Shown here piece by piece: positions 29,023 to 39,422 of a stretch of 64,000 nt of DNA. The position numbers and the translations under genes are program-made. This DNA is from Candidatus Bathyarchaeota archaeon (GTDB lineage: Archaea; Thermoproteota; Bathyarchaeia; Hecatellales; Hecatellaceae), in NCBI GenBank assembly GCA_052246995.1, contig JBQPWD010000004.1, positions 1 through 64,000 of the forward strand. The letters run 5' to 3'. The notes under the pieces were generated by a model that was given only the letters and a program-made list of their open reading frames with translations, was not told the DNA's origin and did no database searches. Position 1 is the first letter of the stretch. Every line of letters begins with the position of its first letter.

Positions 29023-29951
29023 AAACCTCCAACCATACTATTTTTTTCTAACATCTTAATTAAAAATGTTAAAAGCGTATTTAGAGGTGTTGGAACTCCA
29101 GTGGAAATACCTAAACGAGATATTGCCCCATTTATATAATCTATTTCCGTTTTTCTTCCCCTCTTAATGTCTTGAAGCATAGAGTTAAAGTTTTCAGCAG
29201 TATCTTTTGCTGTTTTAAATGTTAATTCCACAGGGTCTTCTTGTAGTCGAATTTTAAGTTTATCTGCAACTTTAACACCTTCTAAAACTGTTTCAGCGAT
29301 AAGTTGCTTTAAATCAGCATACTCTAAAAGTTCACCATTTCTCATACCAGTTAAGGTTCCAAACGGATTTATTCCCGCGTTAACAAGAGTCTTTGTCCAA
29401 ACAACTGAGCCAATATTATCAGAAATCTCTACTTGAAAACCAGAGTCTTTAAGGTTTTTAGCAACACCAGCAACACCATCATGACTTTTTCTAGACAATC
29501 CTCCAAGAAAGGTTTTACCAAAACCTGTTGAAACAACAACACCAGGTTTCTCTAAGAAGGCTCCACAAAACGTTACTCCACGTATAATGTTCGCCTCTCC
29601 AATCATCTTTAAAACCTCATCCTCAACGCCTATACCATTCTGTAAACATAGAACCATGGTTTTTTTCCTGATTAGAGGGCATACCTGCTTGGAAGCTTCA
29701 GAAACATCGTAGGCTTTGACTGTTAAAAGAATGAGATCCCATGCCTCTTTTATTAAGGGTTGTATTGACGTTTCAGCCCTAATACTTTTCACAACTTTTT
29801 CCACCAATCCCTCCATTTTTAATCCATAACTTTTAATAGCTTTAACATGTTCTTCCCTAGCAACAATTGTAACATCGTTCTCACCATTAGATGCGAGTAA
29901 ACCTGCAAAAAGACTTCCTATGGAACCAGCGCCCATAACAAGGATTTTCAT
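28989..29951 (-). CDS. panE: 2-dehydropantoate 2-reductase
   Basis: GAGSIG, TVKAY, LQNGIG, WTK..VN..INP, SMLQD...GR.TEIDYING. Confidence 0.93.
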   Translation of the reverse strand: MKILVMGAGSIGSLFAGLLASNGENDVTIVAREEHVKAIKSYGLKMEGLVEKVVKSIRAETSIQPLIKEAWDLILLTVKAYDVSEASKQVCPLIRKKTMVLCLQNGIGVEDEVLKMIGEANIIRGVTFCGAFLEKPGVVVSTGFGKTFLGGLSRKSHDGVAGVAKNLKDSGFQVEISDNIGSVVWTKTLVNAGINPFGTLTGMRNGELLEYADLKQLIAETVLEGVKVADKLKIRLQEDPVELTFKTAKDTAENFNSMLQDIKRGRKTEIDYINGAISRLGISTGVPTPLNTLLTFLIKMLEKNSMVGGLWKRAIHQKIF

Positions 29952-29977
29952 GGAAAAACTCCAGAACTACAACTTTT

Positions 29978-31282
29978 TTACGTAACTTTTTCCCACTTTT
30001 CAATTCTCAAAACTTGCGAAAGTGTACTACCTACCCTAATTTCAGCTTTAATTCTCTGCTCTTTCTCAAGAACATCTTTAGCCCTGTTTGCGATTTCGAC
30101 GGCAATTTCTTTAGGCACAACAACTATACCCGTATCGTCAGCAATAATCCAATCTCCAGGCCTAACTTTAGCCCCTCCACAGTAAATTTCAACATTTATT
30201 TCTCCAAAACCTTTAGGATCTCCAGCTGTGGGGTTTACATATTTAGCAAATACTGGAAAGTTCATCTTTCTTATTTCGTCGACATCTCTAACAGCACCAT
30301 CAATAACAACACCATTCAATCCTTTAACCACACAACTTAAAGTTGCAAGCTCACCCCACACAGCCTTTTTGCTATCACACGCATCAATAACTAAAATGGA
30401 GCCGGGTTCAGCCACATCTATGGCTTCAACAGGTTTAGCCCAATCTCCAGGAGCTGTTTTAACTGTTACAGCTTTACCTACAGCTTTAACACCAGTAACT
30501 ATTGGGAAAATTCCAAACATCTCACCTTTTCTTTGCATAGCATCAGAAATGTTTGCTGAGGAGACCTCCATAAACACTTTTTGAATATCTTCCTCACCAT
30601 ACTTCTTGTAAAGTTTTGTTGGAATGGGCTTTCTTTGTCTTATAGACTCTTTGATTACTTTTGTAGCTTCTTCAGCATTTTCAGCCTTAATTATGGCTCC
30701 ACCAACAATAACTATGCTTGCTCCAGCTTCAACGGCTAAGGGTGCTGTTTCACTATTTATTCCCCCAGCTACAGCAACAGGAATGTTTACAGCATTAACA
30801 ACACCCCTAAGAACATCCAAGGGTTTAATACCTCTCATTTGTTGGTCTATACCAACGTGAACACAGATATAATCTACACCAATTTTTTCAAGCTCAACAG
30901 CTCTTTTAACGTGATTTTCAACGCCTAAAAGGTCAACCATTATTTTTGCACCATACCTCCGCCCTGCCTCAACAGCCTCCCTAATAGTACTATCATCCGA
31001 AACTCCAAGGATTATTACCACTTCAGCCCCAGCTTTAGCAGCGGTCTCAACTTCAACTGACCCTGTATCCACGGTTTTCATGTCAGCAAGGATGGTATAG
31101 CTTGGAAACCTTCTTTTTAACTCTCTAACAGCATCTAAGCCTTCACTCTTAATCAGTGGTGTTCCAGCCTCTAACCAATCTGCTCCTCCGCGGACAGCTT
31201 CTTCAGCAACTTTTAATGCCCTATGAAGGTCTGTAAAATCTAGCGCTACTTGAAGTTTAGTCTCCTTAAAAAGATTGGACAT
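29978..31282 (-). CDS. 3-hexulose-6-phosphate synthase fused to an RraA/HMG-aldolase-like domain
   Basis: N-terminal ~215 aa: LQVALD, EAGTPL, ADMKTVDTG, VHVGIDQQ, VAGGI. C-terminal: ISDAM, GKAVTV, AVWGEL, IDGAVRD..EI, V.PGD.I.AD..G.VV.P. Confidence 0.92.
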   Translation of the reverse strand: MSNLFKETKLQVALDFTDLHRALKVAEEAVRGGADWLEAGTPLIKSEGLDAVRELKRRFPSYTILADMKTVDTGSVEVETAAKAGAEVVIILGVSDDSTIREAVEAGRRYGAKIMVDLLGVENHVKRAVELEKIGVDYICVHVGIDQQMRGIKPLDVLRGVVNAVNIPVAVAGGINSETAPLAVEAGASIVIVGGAIIKAENAEEATKVIKESIRQRKPIPTKLYKKYGEEDIQKVFMEVSSANISDAMQRKGEMFGIFPIVTGVKAVGKAVTVKTAPGDWAKPVEAIDVAEPGSILVIDACDSKKAVWGELATLSCVVKGLNGVVIDGAVRDVDEIRKMNFPVFAKYVNPTAGDPKGFGEINVEIYCGGAKVRPGDWIIADDTGIVVVPKEIAVEIANRAKDVLEKEQRIKAEIRVGSTLSQVLRIEKWEKVT

Positions 31283-31291
31283 GGATATTTA

Positions 31292-32140
31292 CTAACCCCC
31301 CTTTATTATTTCAGATATTATCCTTTTTTCTAGAATTTCAGCTCTGGCTAGTACACCAGGTTTTAGAAGCCTCCTCTCAGCAAATACCTTTAACCTTTTA
31401 CACATAAAATCGACAATTTTGCATAAATTTTCACAATTGTTGTACGAGGCTACCATATTTTTAAGCTTAAGCTTGTTCTCAAACCTTAAATTTTCAGCAA
31501 TTTTAATCATATTTGGCAATGCTCTAACAACATTGTCAACTATCGTAACCGAAGCCCACAGTGCTGTTCTGGAAAACGGGTTTAAATCTATAGCTATAAC
31601 ATTTTTACCCATTTTTCGTAGACATTCTGTTCTATCACCATCCTCAATAGCTAGAAGAACGGTATCAGCTAAGAAGATACCCCTAGGAGAAACCTTACGT
31701 CTTAAGCTGGATAAACCAGGTATTTCTGATGATGCCTCATACCCGACACCAAAAATAGCCTCTAAACCTCTATCCTTTAAAAGTTTAGCTATTTTTGCCT
31801 CACGCGCTAAAGATCTATAAAAAAGGTTTACTTCAACCTTTGCATTAACACTCTTCGCAAGCCTAACGATCTCATCAACACATAAAGCCGCAGCATTACC
31901 GTTAACCGAGATAACAGGATATTTAGATAAAAGCATCATAGCTACAGCTACTTTTTCAGCTTCAAACGCAAATGGCAGGGTTTTTTCTCCAAGAATGTAG
32001 TCAAAGCATTCTCCTCTACCGTGAGCAATAAGTCCAGCTAACGCCACAAGACCCTTCTCAAATCCCTCTACAAGTTTTTCACGGATTCTTAAGGATTCAG
32101 CTCTTGGATGATTTTCAGGTATATGAAATTTATTGCTCAA
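31292..32140 (-). CDS. pps: 4-phosphopantoate--beta-alanine ligase (phosphopantothenate synthetase)
   Basis: HPRAESL..RE, IAHGRGE.FDY..GE, SVNGN, EVNLFYR, EDGDR, IDLNP.SRT. Confidence 0.95.
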   Translation of the reverse strand: MSNKFHIPENHPRAESLRIREKLVEGFEKGLVALAGLIAHGRGECFDYILGEKTLPFAFEAEKVAVAMMLLSKYPVISVNGNAAALCVDEIVRLAKSVNAKVEVNLFYRSLAREAKIAKLLKDRGLEAIFGVGYEASSEIPGLSSLRRKVSPRGIFLADTVLLAIEDGDRTECLRKMGKNVIAIDLNPFSRTALWASVTIVDNVVRALPNMIKIAENLRFENKLKLKNMVASYNNCENLCKIVDFMCKRLKVFAERRLLKPGVLARAEILEKRIISEIIKGG

Positions 32141-33041
32141 TTATCCTCGCCCCTATCAAATCAACATCTGAAGTGATAATTTCACCACCAACCTTTCTAA
32201 ACAAGTTAACATAGGGAAAAACATCCTCAAGTTTATCCTCCTTTATAAGTGTAAATAGTGCTTCACCAAACATGTTCATTGAAAATCTCTGTCCGTTATA
32301 CCTATCCAAAATATCTAGTACATTTCTTAGCCTTTGAGTGTAAATGTTAACTTCATCAGCAAACATTCTAGAAGCTTTTATGAAAGTTTCAACTGATGGT
32401 TTTGCTAGGAAATGTTTCAAAGCTTTTCTTCCAGCCAGATTTATTCTTAACCTAACTTCACGATTTTTCAAGAAGGTCTTTGTTGGTAAAGCTGAGAAAT
32501 ATAAAGAAACAACCTTAAAGCTTGACCAGTTAAACTTCCTTATGGAGCCTACCCCTGGAGCACCAGCTTTATCTCTAACCTCAAATCCGCCGAAAGTTTC
32601 ACCTATAACAGTCCCAAGACCAGTTTTACATTTGATTTCAGCTAAATGTGCAAGTTGTGCTGCTTCGACTTTAGATAATCCTAAATTTAACGCCTCATTT
32701 AAGGCTAGTGACAATCCTAGAACTCCGGCTCCGCTTGTACCGTAACCAGCTCCTACTGGTAGATCGGTTTTATGTATAACTTTAATGTTGTAAGGTTTTT
32801 CTACAAGTTTTGAAAGCTCATTTATCAGTGTTAGAGACACGTCAGCTTTGGTTGGAGAACTATTTATGCTTATGCTTACAATCCACCTATGACTTTTCTC
32901 CACCTCAACCTCGGTGTACACACCTTTGGTTAGCGAAAAACCTCCGCCAAGAGAACCTTTCCTTAGCAAATTTTTATATTTATCATTTATAATAAAAAAA
33001 CCTGTTATATGAGCTGGTGCGAAGGCTTTAACTTTTTTCAA
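32130..33041 (-). CDS. pok: Pantoate kinase (GHMP family)
   Basis: AF.PAHITGFF, GS.G.G, P.GAGYGTSG, AH.AE....TGLG.V, GAPG.G. Confidence 0.92.
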   Translation of the reverse strand: MKKVKAFAPAHITGFFIINDKYKNLLRKGSLGGGFSLTKGVYTEVEVEKSHRWIVSISINSSPTKADVSLTLINELSKLVEKPYNIKVIHKTDLPVGAGYGTSGAGVLGLSLALNEALNLGLSKVEAAQLAHLAEIKCKTGLGTVIGETFGGFEVRDKAGAPGVGSIRKFNWSSFKVVSLYFSALPTKTFLKNREVRLRINLAGRKALKHFLAKPSVETFIKASRMFADEVNIYTQRLRNVLDILDRYNGQRFSMNMFGEALFTLIKEDKLEDVFPYVNLFRKVGGEIITSDVDLIGARIIEQ

Positions 33042-33256
33042 CTTAATGAAAAGTTAGTTATTAATGTAAAACTTAAAGATATCCTACAAAACCTTTAAAG
33101 AACTTCATATTTTTTCCATCTATTTTTAACGCTAAACCAAATAAAACAAACATAATCGTAGAAGGTACTGCTTTAACTTTCTAAGCACAAATTTTATGTC
33201 CAAAAAACTGAAATATTAATAAATCACTTTTTAAAGGTAAGTTATCTCATAAAGTA

Positions 33257-34030
33257 ATGGCGAGGAATAAGGCGTTGAGCACGGTAGGTAAAGGAGACTT
33301 CATACTTATAGATTATGTTGCAAAGATAAAGGAGACAGATACAGTATTTGACACAAACATCAGCTCTATTGCAAAGGAGTTGAAAATTTTTAAGGAAGAC
33401 GGAATGTACGAACCTATGCTTGTGGTTGTGGGAGAGGGATGGGTTTTAAAGGGACTTGATGAAAAACTTGTTGGAATTAAGGTTGGAGAAAAAACGGTTA
33501 TTGAACTCCCACCTGAGAAAGCTTTTGGCCCAAGGGATTCAAACAAAATTAAACTTGTCCCTTTACGTAAATTTCAGCAGCAAAAAATAAACCCCTATCC
33601 CGGTATGGAGGTTGAAGTTGATGGTAAACTTGCTGTTGTTAGAAGTGTTGGTTCCGGGAGAGTTCAGGTTGATTTCAACCCTCCACTTGCGGGTAAAACT
33701 TTACTTTACGAGGTTGAAGTTAAGAAAGTCTTACAAACACCATTAGAAAAAGTTAAGGCTTTGATTCGTCGCAGAATACCAAAAATAGACCCTGAAAAGT
33801 TTAATGTTAAATTTTTAGAAAAAAATGTAACAATAGAAATGCCTGAAGAAGCTTTAAACATTGATAGGCTTCAGCTTGCGAAAAGAGGTTTGGCTTTTGA
33901 CGTTCAAAAATTTTTTCCTGATGTTGAAGTTGTAACGTTTGTTGACAACTATGTAAGAAAAAGGAGAAATAGTGTGGAAGGGAAACCTAAAGAGGAAGAA
34001 TCAAAACTTGAACAAAAACTTGACCATTAA
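33257..34030 (+). CDS. Long-type FKBP peptidyl-prolyl isomerase (SlyD-like)
   Basis: GDFI.IDY, FDT, VVG.G....GLDE, PPEKAFG.RD, VDFN.PLAGK.L. Confidence 0.92.
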   Translation: MARNKALSTVGKGDFILIDYVAKIKETDTVFDTNISSIAKELKIFKEDGMYEPMLVVVGEGWVLKGLDEKLVGIKVGEKTVIELPPEKAFGPRDSNKIKLVPLRKFQQQKINPYPGMEVEVDGKLAVVRSVGSGRVQVDFNPPLAGKTLLYEVEVKKVLQTPLEKVKALIRRRIPKIDPEKFNVKFLEKNVTIEMPEEALNIDRLQLAKRGLAFDVQKFFPDVEVVTFVDNYVRKRRNSVEGKPKEEESKLEQKLDH

Positions 34031-34472
34031 CAGGACATTTAACAGTTCCGTAAATCTTAATAACCTTGCATTTTAACCCAGCTTGCAGTACTTGAGGGAC
34101 ACAATCGTTAAACATTTCACACTGAATATTACTACACTTCTGAGGACTAAACTCTATGATAGCACCCTCAATTGCAAATTTTTGCTTAATATTTACTTTT
34201 AAGCTTGCAGATTCAACTTCAACAAGACAAACCTCCCCACCAGAAAGTTTACACTCAAAAATTCTGTCTCTTACATCAACAACAGTATAACATTTCCCAG
34301 GTTGAAGATTATGACAAACTTTTAAAAGTGAACAATTTAAACATTCCACAGCCAAACCTTGATAGATAAAGGTGTACCCTTTTTTAGCCTTACCGACGCT
34401 GATAAGCGTTAAATTTCTTCTAACTTTACTGGTAGCCATATAGGTTCTTTGGAAACATTTATTAACTAACAA
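33987..34472 (-). CDS. UPF0179 family Cys-rich protein
   Basis: TLI....AKKG..FIY.G...EC..C....VC.NL..G..Y.V..VR. Confidence 0.8.
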   Translation of the reverse strand: MLVNKCFQRTYMATSKVRRNLTLISVGKAKKGYTFIYQGLAVECLNCSLLKVCHNLQPGKCYTVVDVRDRIFECKLSGGEVCLVEVESASLKVNIKQKFAIEGAIIEFSPQKCSNIQCEMFNDCVPQVLQAGLKCKVIKIYGTVKCPVNGQVFVQVLILPL

Positions 34473-34550
34473 GGTTATTTCTAAACTAGCTAATATGCCT
34501 TAAGCTTTTCACCTTTTACCAGTTAGAAACAATTTTAATGGGGTAAGTTC

Positions 34551-35201
34551 ATGCTCGGTAATAAACATCCATACCATTCACAGCTAGAAAACTTAAAACT
34601 TAAAGGAACAACAACAGTAGGAGTTATATGTGAAGACGGTGTTGTGTTAGCTACCGATACAAGGGTTACAATGGGGTATTTTATAGCTCACAAACATGGA
34701 AAAAAGGTTTACAAGATTGATGACCATTTAGCAATGACTATTGCGGGAGTTGTTGCTGATGCACAAAATGTTGTTGATGTTTTAAAGGCTAATGTAAGGG
34801 TGTTTAAGCTTACAAATGGTAGACCGATAACAGTAAATGCTGCTGCAAGACTTGCAGCGAACATACTCTTTCGTAGCAGATACTTTCCATTAGTGCTTCA
34901 AGCAATTATTGCTGGAGTTGATGATGATGGACCGCACATATTTTCACTAGATCCCTTGGGAAGTTTGACGGAGGAGAAAAAGTTTTTTGCTACAGGCTCA
35001 GGCTCACCTATTGCCTTAGGAATACTTGAAGATGGCTATAGAGATGGGTTAACTATTAAGGATGCTATACCTCTAGTTGTTAGAGCTATTAAATCAGCCA
35101 TGAAAAGAGATGCTGCAAGCGGGGATAGTTTTGATGTTTCGGTGGTAACTAAAGATGGTTATATGGAATTAAGTGAAGAGGAAAAGCAAAAGTATGGTTA
35201 A
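34551..35201 (+). CDS. psmB: Proteasome subunit beta
   Basis: Propeptide then KG|TTTVG, GSGS, RDAASGD. Confidence 0.97.
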   Translation: MLGNKHPYHSQLENLKLKGTTTVGVICEDGVVLATDTRVTMGYFIAHKHGKKVYKIDDHLAMTIAGVVADAQNVVDVLKANVRVFKLTNGRPITVNAAARLAANILFRSRYFPLVLQAIIAGVDDDGPHIFSLDPLGSLTEEKKFFATGSGSPIALGILEDGYRDGLTIKDAIPLVVRAIKSAMKRDAASGDSFDVSVVTKDGYMELSEEEKQKYG

Positions 35202-35305
35202 GTCTATTAATTCAATTCCCTTTACTTACCAGGTTTCCGCCAATTTAAGATTTAACATGTAATAAAAAGCAACTACAACGGTTAGTATTGAGGGATTTTT
35301 AAGAG

Positions 35306-37237
35306 ATGAAAAGAGAAACTGTAGATTCGTCAAGAAAAAGTATAAAAAGTATAATTGATGTTGTACTTCAGTATATTCCAAAAGAAGCTGAAGTTTCACG
35401 AATAGAGTTTGAAGGACCAAGACTTGCAATATACACAAAGAAGCCTGAAATTCTACTTGAACAAAGCTATATAATAACAGACCTTGTAAACAAGATAAGA
35501 AAGAGAGTTATCTTACGTTGCGATCCGTCCATAAGGATGAATGAAGAAGAAGCTAAGAAAGCTATAGAAAAGATTGTAAGCCCTGAGGCTGAAATAACTC
35601 AAATGTTTTTTGACCCGGTAGTTGGCGAAGTTATCATTGAGGCTAGAAAACCTGGACTTGTAATATCCAAAAATGGTTTAACTTTCCAAGAGATTATTAA
35701 AACAACTAAATGGCGACCACGTGTTTTAAGAACTCCGCCAATATCATCCAAAATTATTGCTCATGTGAGATACTACCTTTATAATGAAGCTGAAGAGAGA
35801 AAGAAAATACTTCATGACGTTGGTGAAAGAATTTTTAGACAACCATTGCATAAAGGTAAGGAGCTACTCATTACACCCCTAGGAGGTTTTCAACAGGTTG
35901 GCAGGTCAGCAATGCTCATAAGAACTAGGGAAAGTATGGTTCTTGTTGATTGTGGAATTAACCCAGCATCCACAAACCCTGAGGAAGCTTACCCTAGACT
36001 TGATGTTGAAGAGTTTGATGTAGAAGCTCTTGATGCTGTCGTTATTTCACATGCACATCTAGACCATTGTGGATTACTTCCAATATTATTCAAGTACGGA
36101 TACGATGGTCCTATCTACTGTTCTGAGCCAACTTTACATCTCATGATTTTGCTTCAACTAGATTACTTAGATGTTCTAAAAAGAGAAGGTAAAACATTAC
36201 CTTATGACCAGAAAGATGTGCGGGAGGTTGTAACTCATACTATTCCTGTTAGTTTTGGTGTGGTTACAGACATATCCCCAGATATAAGGTTAACCTTACA
36301 CAACTCAGGACATATTTTAGGTTCATCCGTTGTACATTTACATATAGGTGATGGACTCCATAACATAGTTTATACTGGAGATTTTAAATTCATGAAAACC
36401 ATGCTTCTTGAAGCGTCATCAACAACTTTTCCAAGAGTTGAAACATTAATAATGGAGAGCACATACGGTGGGTCTGAAGATATTATGCCTCCGAGGTTTG
36501 AAGTTGAGCAGAGATTTGCAACCATAGTAAACCAAACAATAAACAATAACGGAAAAGTTTTAATACCAGTTTTAGCTGTTGGAAGAGCTCAGGAGATAAT
36601 GGTTGTCATTAACGAGTATATGGAGCGGGGGATAATCTCCCAAGTTCCGGTTTTTATTGATGGAATGATAAATGAAGTCACAGCAATCCATACAGCCTTT
36701 CCAGAGCATCTTTCAAAAGAGCTGCAAAATAAAATACTGCATGAAGATGTAAATCCATTCCAATCTGAACAGTTTTTTATAATTAAGCACGCAAGTGGAA
36801 GAGAAGAAGTTTTTAGCGAAAAATCATGTATAATCCTTGCAACATCAGGCATGCTTGAAGGTGGTCCTGCTCTTGAATACTTTATGGAGCTTGCCCCTGA
36901 TGAAAAAAACACTATAATGTTTGTGTCCTATCAAATTGAAGGAACTCTTGGAAGGCGTATATTAAACGGTCTTAGAGAAGTCTCGATGGTAGATTCTGAA
37001 GGTAAAATTAGAGTTGTAAAGGTTAAAGCTCGAGTTGAATCTGTTGAAGGTTTTTCAGGACATAGTGACAGAAACCAGCTTTTAAATTATGTTAAAAGGA
37101 TAACTCCTAAACCTCAAAGGGTTATCATCTGCCATGGTGAAAAATCAAAAAGTTTAAGTCTTTCGTTGGCAATTGAAAAAACATTTAAGATTAAGTGTAG
37201 TGTTCCACCAATACTTGAAACAACAAGAGTTTACTAG
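35306..37237 (+). CDS. fttA: aCPSF1 / FttA beta-CASP ribonuclease (KH + MBL + beta-CASP)
   Basis: IEFEGP, KPGLVI, LGGF.QVGRS, SHAHLDH, GHILGS, FSGHSD; canonical psmB-aCPSF1 linkage. Confidence 0.96.
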   Translation: MKRETVDSSRKSIKSIIDVVLQYIPKEAEVSRIEFEGPRLAIYTKKPEILLEQSYIITDLVNKIRKRVILRCDPSIRMNEEEAKKAIEKIVSPEAEITQMFFDPVVGEVIIEARKPGLVISKNGLTFQEIIKTTKWRPRVLRTPPISSKIIAHVRYYLYNEAEERKKILHDVGERIFRQPLHKGKELLITPLGGFQQVGRSAMLIRTRESMVLVDCGINPASTNPEEAYPRLDVEEFDVEALDAVVISHAHLDHCGLLPILFKYGYDGPIYCSEPTLHLMILLQLDYLDVLKREGKTLPYDQKDVREVVTHTIPVSFGVVTDISPDIRLTLHNSGHILGSSVVHLHIGDGLHNIVYTGDFKFMKTMLLEASSTTFPRVETLIMESTYGGSEDIMPPRFEVEQRFATIVNQTINNNGKVLIPVLAVGRAQEIMVVINEYMERGIISQVPVFIDGMINEVTAIHTAFPEHLSKELQNKILHEDVNPFQSEQFFIIKHASGREEVFSEKSCIILATSGMLEGGPALEYFMELAPDEKNTIMFVSYQIEGTLGRRILNGLREVSMVDSEGKIRVVKVKARVESVEGFSGHSDRNQLLNYVKRITPKPQRVIICHGEKSKSLSLSLAIEKTFKIKCSVPPILETTRVY

Positions 37238-37240
37238 CTT

Positions 37241-37540
37241 TTAGGATGGTGATTTTCCCCGCCAAATTTTTATTGATGAGGGTGTCATTACAATTCTCTC
37301 CTCTCCAAGTCTAGCTATATCTCCATCAATAACTTGAGAGAAGGCTTTAAGTTCGTCTATGGCATTTTTAACCTCCTCAATGTTTTTTATCGCTAAAGGA
37401 GTAATCTTTATGATTAAAACATTTCCCATTTTAAGTTCTTCTTTAATCTTTTCAACATCGCTGTAATCTTTCAAAGAAATTGCCTTAATATAGGTTACAG
37501 GTTTTTCGCTTCTAAACCCTCCTCCATCTGCTACACTCAT
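37241..37540 (-). CDS. sepF: Cell division protein SepF (archaeal)
   Basis: D...IK.EL..GN.LI..I.PL...GDIARLGEERIV.TP..IKIWR. Confidence 0.85.
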   Translation of the reverse strand: MSVADGGGFRSEKPVTYIKAISLKDYSDVEKIKEELKMGNVLIIKITPLAIKNIEEVKNAIDELKAFSQVIDGDIARLGEERIVMTPSSIKIWRGKSPS

Positions 37541-37746
37541 TTTTGTTCACTTCTACCTGATAGTTGTTTTTACTGATTTGATACCTTAGTTCATTATTAA
37601 GGTTGAAACTTAAAAAGATTTTTTTCGGTAAACTGCACCTACTTCGCAAGTCCTGGATTATGCTTTACGCTAGAGTAATATACAAGAAGACATTAAAAAT
37701 GATGTTTACCTATAAAAACGTTTAACTTGACTTGTAAACCTTACAT

Positions 37747-38253
37747 TCAGGTTTTAATGTTTTGAATTGTACACCAAACTTTATCTCCAACATAATGAAT
37801 ATTTTTTATAACTTTTCCACTACTCATTCTCATAATTTCTTCCATTGAATATAGGCTTAAACCAACAGCAAACGGTTTATTATACTTCTCATCAACAATT
37901 GCTACAACTGAGTTTGACTGAAAATCTCCAACAATTTTTACAATACCAGGACGCATAACATCAGCTCCACGACATATGTAAGGTATTGCAGCTTGGTCAA
38001 CCACAACTTTTGGAAGTTTAGCAAGTCCGCCCTCAAAAATAAGTGTAGGAAAAAACTTTTCATCCATTTTAAGTATTAACGGAGCGCCATCTATCACATA
38101 AATTTGGAAGTTTTCTGCTTCAACCTTTTCCATAGAGTGTTTTTTGATAATGGATAGCTTATCTACTAAAGCTTGAGATAGACTTTCAGGTAAAGAGTAG
38201 TATAATTTAACGGCATCCTTAGCCTTAATAAAACATCTTTTAATACTCCTCAA
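37747..38253 (-). CDS. PUA-domain RNA-binding protein (DUF1947+PUA)
   Basis: FPTL, VVD..AI..I..GADVMRPGI, GK.IKN.HYVGD. Confidence 0.9.
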   Translation of the reverse strand: MRSIKRCFIKAKDAVKLYYSLPESLSQALVDKLSIIKKHSMEKVEAENFQIYVIDGAPLILKMDEKFFPTLIFEGGLAKLPKVVVDQAAIPYICRGADVMRPGIVKIVGDFQSNSVVAIVDEKYNKPFAVGLSLYSMEEIMRMSSGKVIKNIHYVGDKVWCTIQNIKT

Positions 38254-38363
38254 CTCGTTTACAATATATTATTCATTGACTTTAAAACATTTAGTTTAAA
38301 CTTTAAAGCGATATTTTTAAATTATAGCTGTTTCTCTCTTCTAACAAGAGAAGAAAATTTGGG

Positions 38364-38600
38364 TTGATTCCAATGCCAAACGAGATGGCGATAAAACTTC
38401 TCGAAGAAAGTGTTGGAAAAGTTGTTCTTGTAAAACTTAAGGGTGGAAAAAGCATCAGGGGAGTACTTCAAGGATTTGACCAGCATATGAACCTACTACT
38501 TGGAGATGCTGAAGATATTACTGTCCCTGATAAGGTTGATAAGCTTGGAGTAATAGTAGTGAGAGGAGATAATGTAATTCTCATTTCTCCACCAAAGTAA
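38364..38600 (+). CDS. Sm-like archaeal protein (SmAP/LSm)
   Basis: [30 protein letters not shown]. Confidence 0.95.
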   Translation: MIPMPNEMAIKLLEESVGKVVLVKLKGGKSIRGVLQGFDQHMNLLLGDAEDITVPDKVDKLGVIVVRGDNVILISPPK

Positions 38601-38999
38601 GGTGTAAAAGATAATGGTTGAAATGTTTTGCCTATCCAACTTATGGAGGTTCTATCTGTTTGGAAAAAGGTTCAAAACAAGAATGTAAAAATTTTGGCTG
38701 GTTTAAATTTGAGAATTGGATTTAACTAGCAGTGATGCTTTACTTCGTTAACTAAGAAGAGGGTTTAGAGGACATTAAACAGAAGTTCTAGATAAAGAGG
38801 CCGGGCAGGGTTTAACGATGTAGAAGCCATATTTTTCTATTACCTTAGCATTTTCAAATGACATTACTTTAAAAAATGGAGACAAAAATTTTTAAATAAA
38901 ATAAGGAATAAAAGTTTCAGGTAAGGAAGGTAACAAAAAACTATTATATTGTGTTAAAAGGTAGATTAATTGAATTCAGGATTTTGAGGTTGAAGTTTT

Positions 39000-39161
39000 A
39001 TGGCTATATCTATGGGTAAGTTTAACAAACCAACACATGCAAGATGTAGAAGATGTGGTAGGAGGGCATATCATGTATCAAAAAAAAGGTGTGCTGCATG
39101 TGGGTATGGTGAAACAAGTAGGCTTAAAAAAAGCTTAACAAGGTTAAGAGGAAAACCTTAA
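39000..39161 (+). CDS. rpl37e: 50S ribosomal protein L37e
   Basis: Below the ORF-track cutoff. Manual translation [53 protein letters not shown]; CRRCG/CAACG zinc finger; follows SmAP as is typical. Confidence 0.93.
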   Translation: MAISMGKFNKPTHARCRRCGRRAYHVSKKRCAACGYGETSRLKKSLTRLRGKP

Positions 39162-39422
39162 ACCATTAAAAAGCTAAATTTTAGGTACTCCTCCCCTGCT
39201 TGGTTCTACATTTTTCCCCCGTATTTTAATAATTGATTGTTAAGCCTAGTAAAGTTTTCAACAATTTGCATCGTTTCTAAGACATTCAAGATTTCGTAAA
39301 GTTATTTAATTTAAAAGAGGGTTGTGGAGTAGGATTGACGAATTTTACCACGACTACCTGAGTTTACTTGGACATAAAACTTTTAATTTTATAACGAAAA
39401 CTTATTAGGGAGAGAACTAGTT

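Noticed and set aside
39333-39362. Possible C/D-box sRNA (TTGACGA...CTGA)
   Set aside because: Only one degenerate box pair; no second guide or identifiable rRNA/tRNA target.
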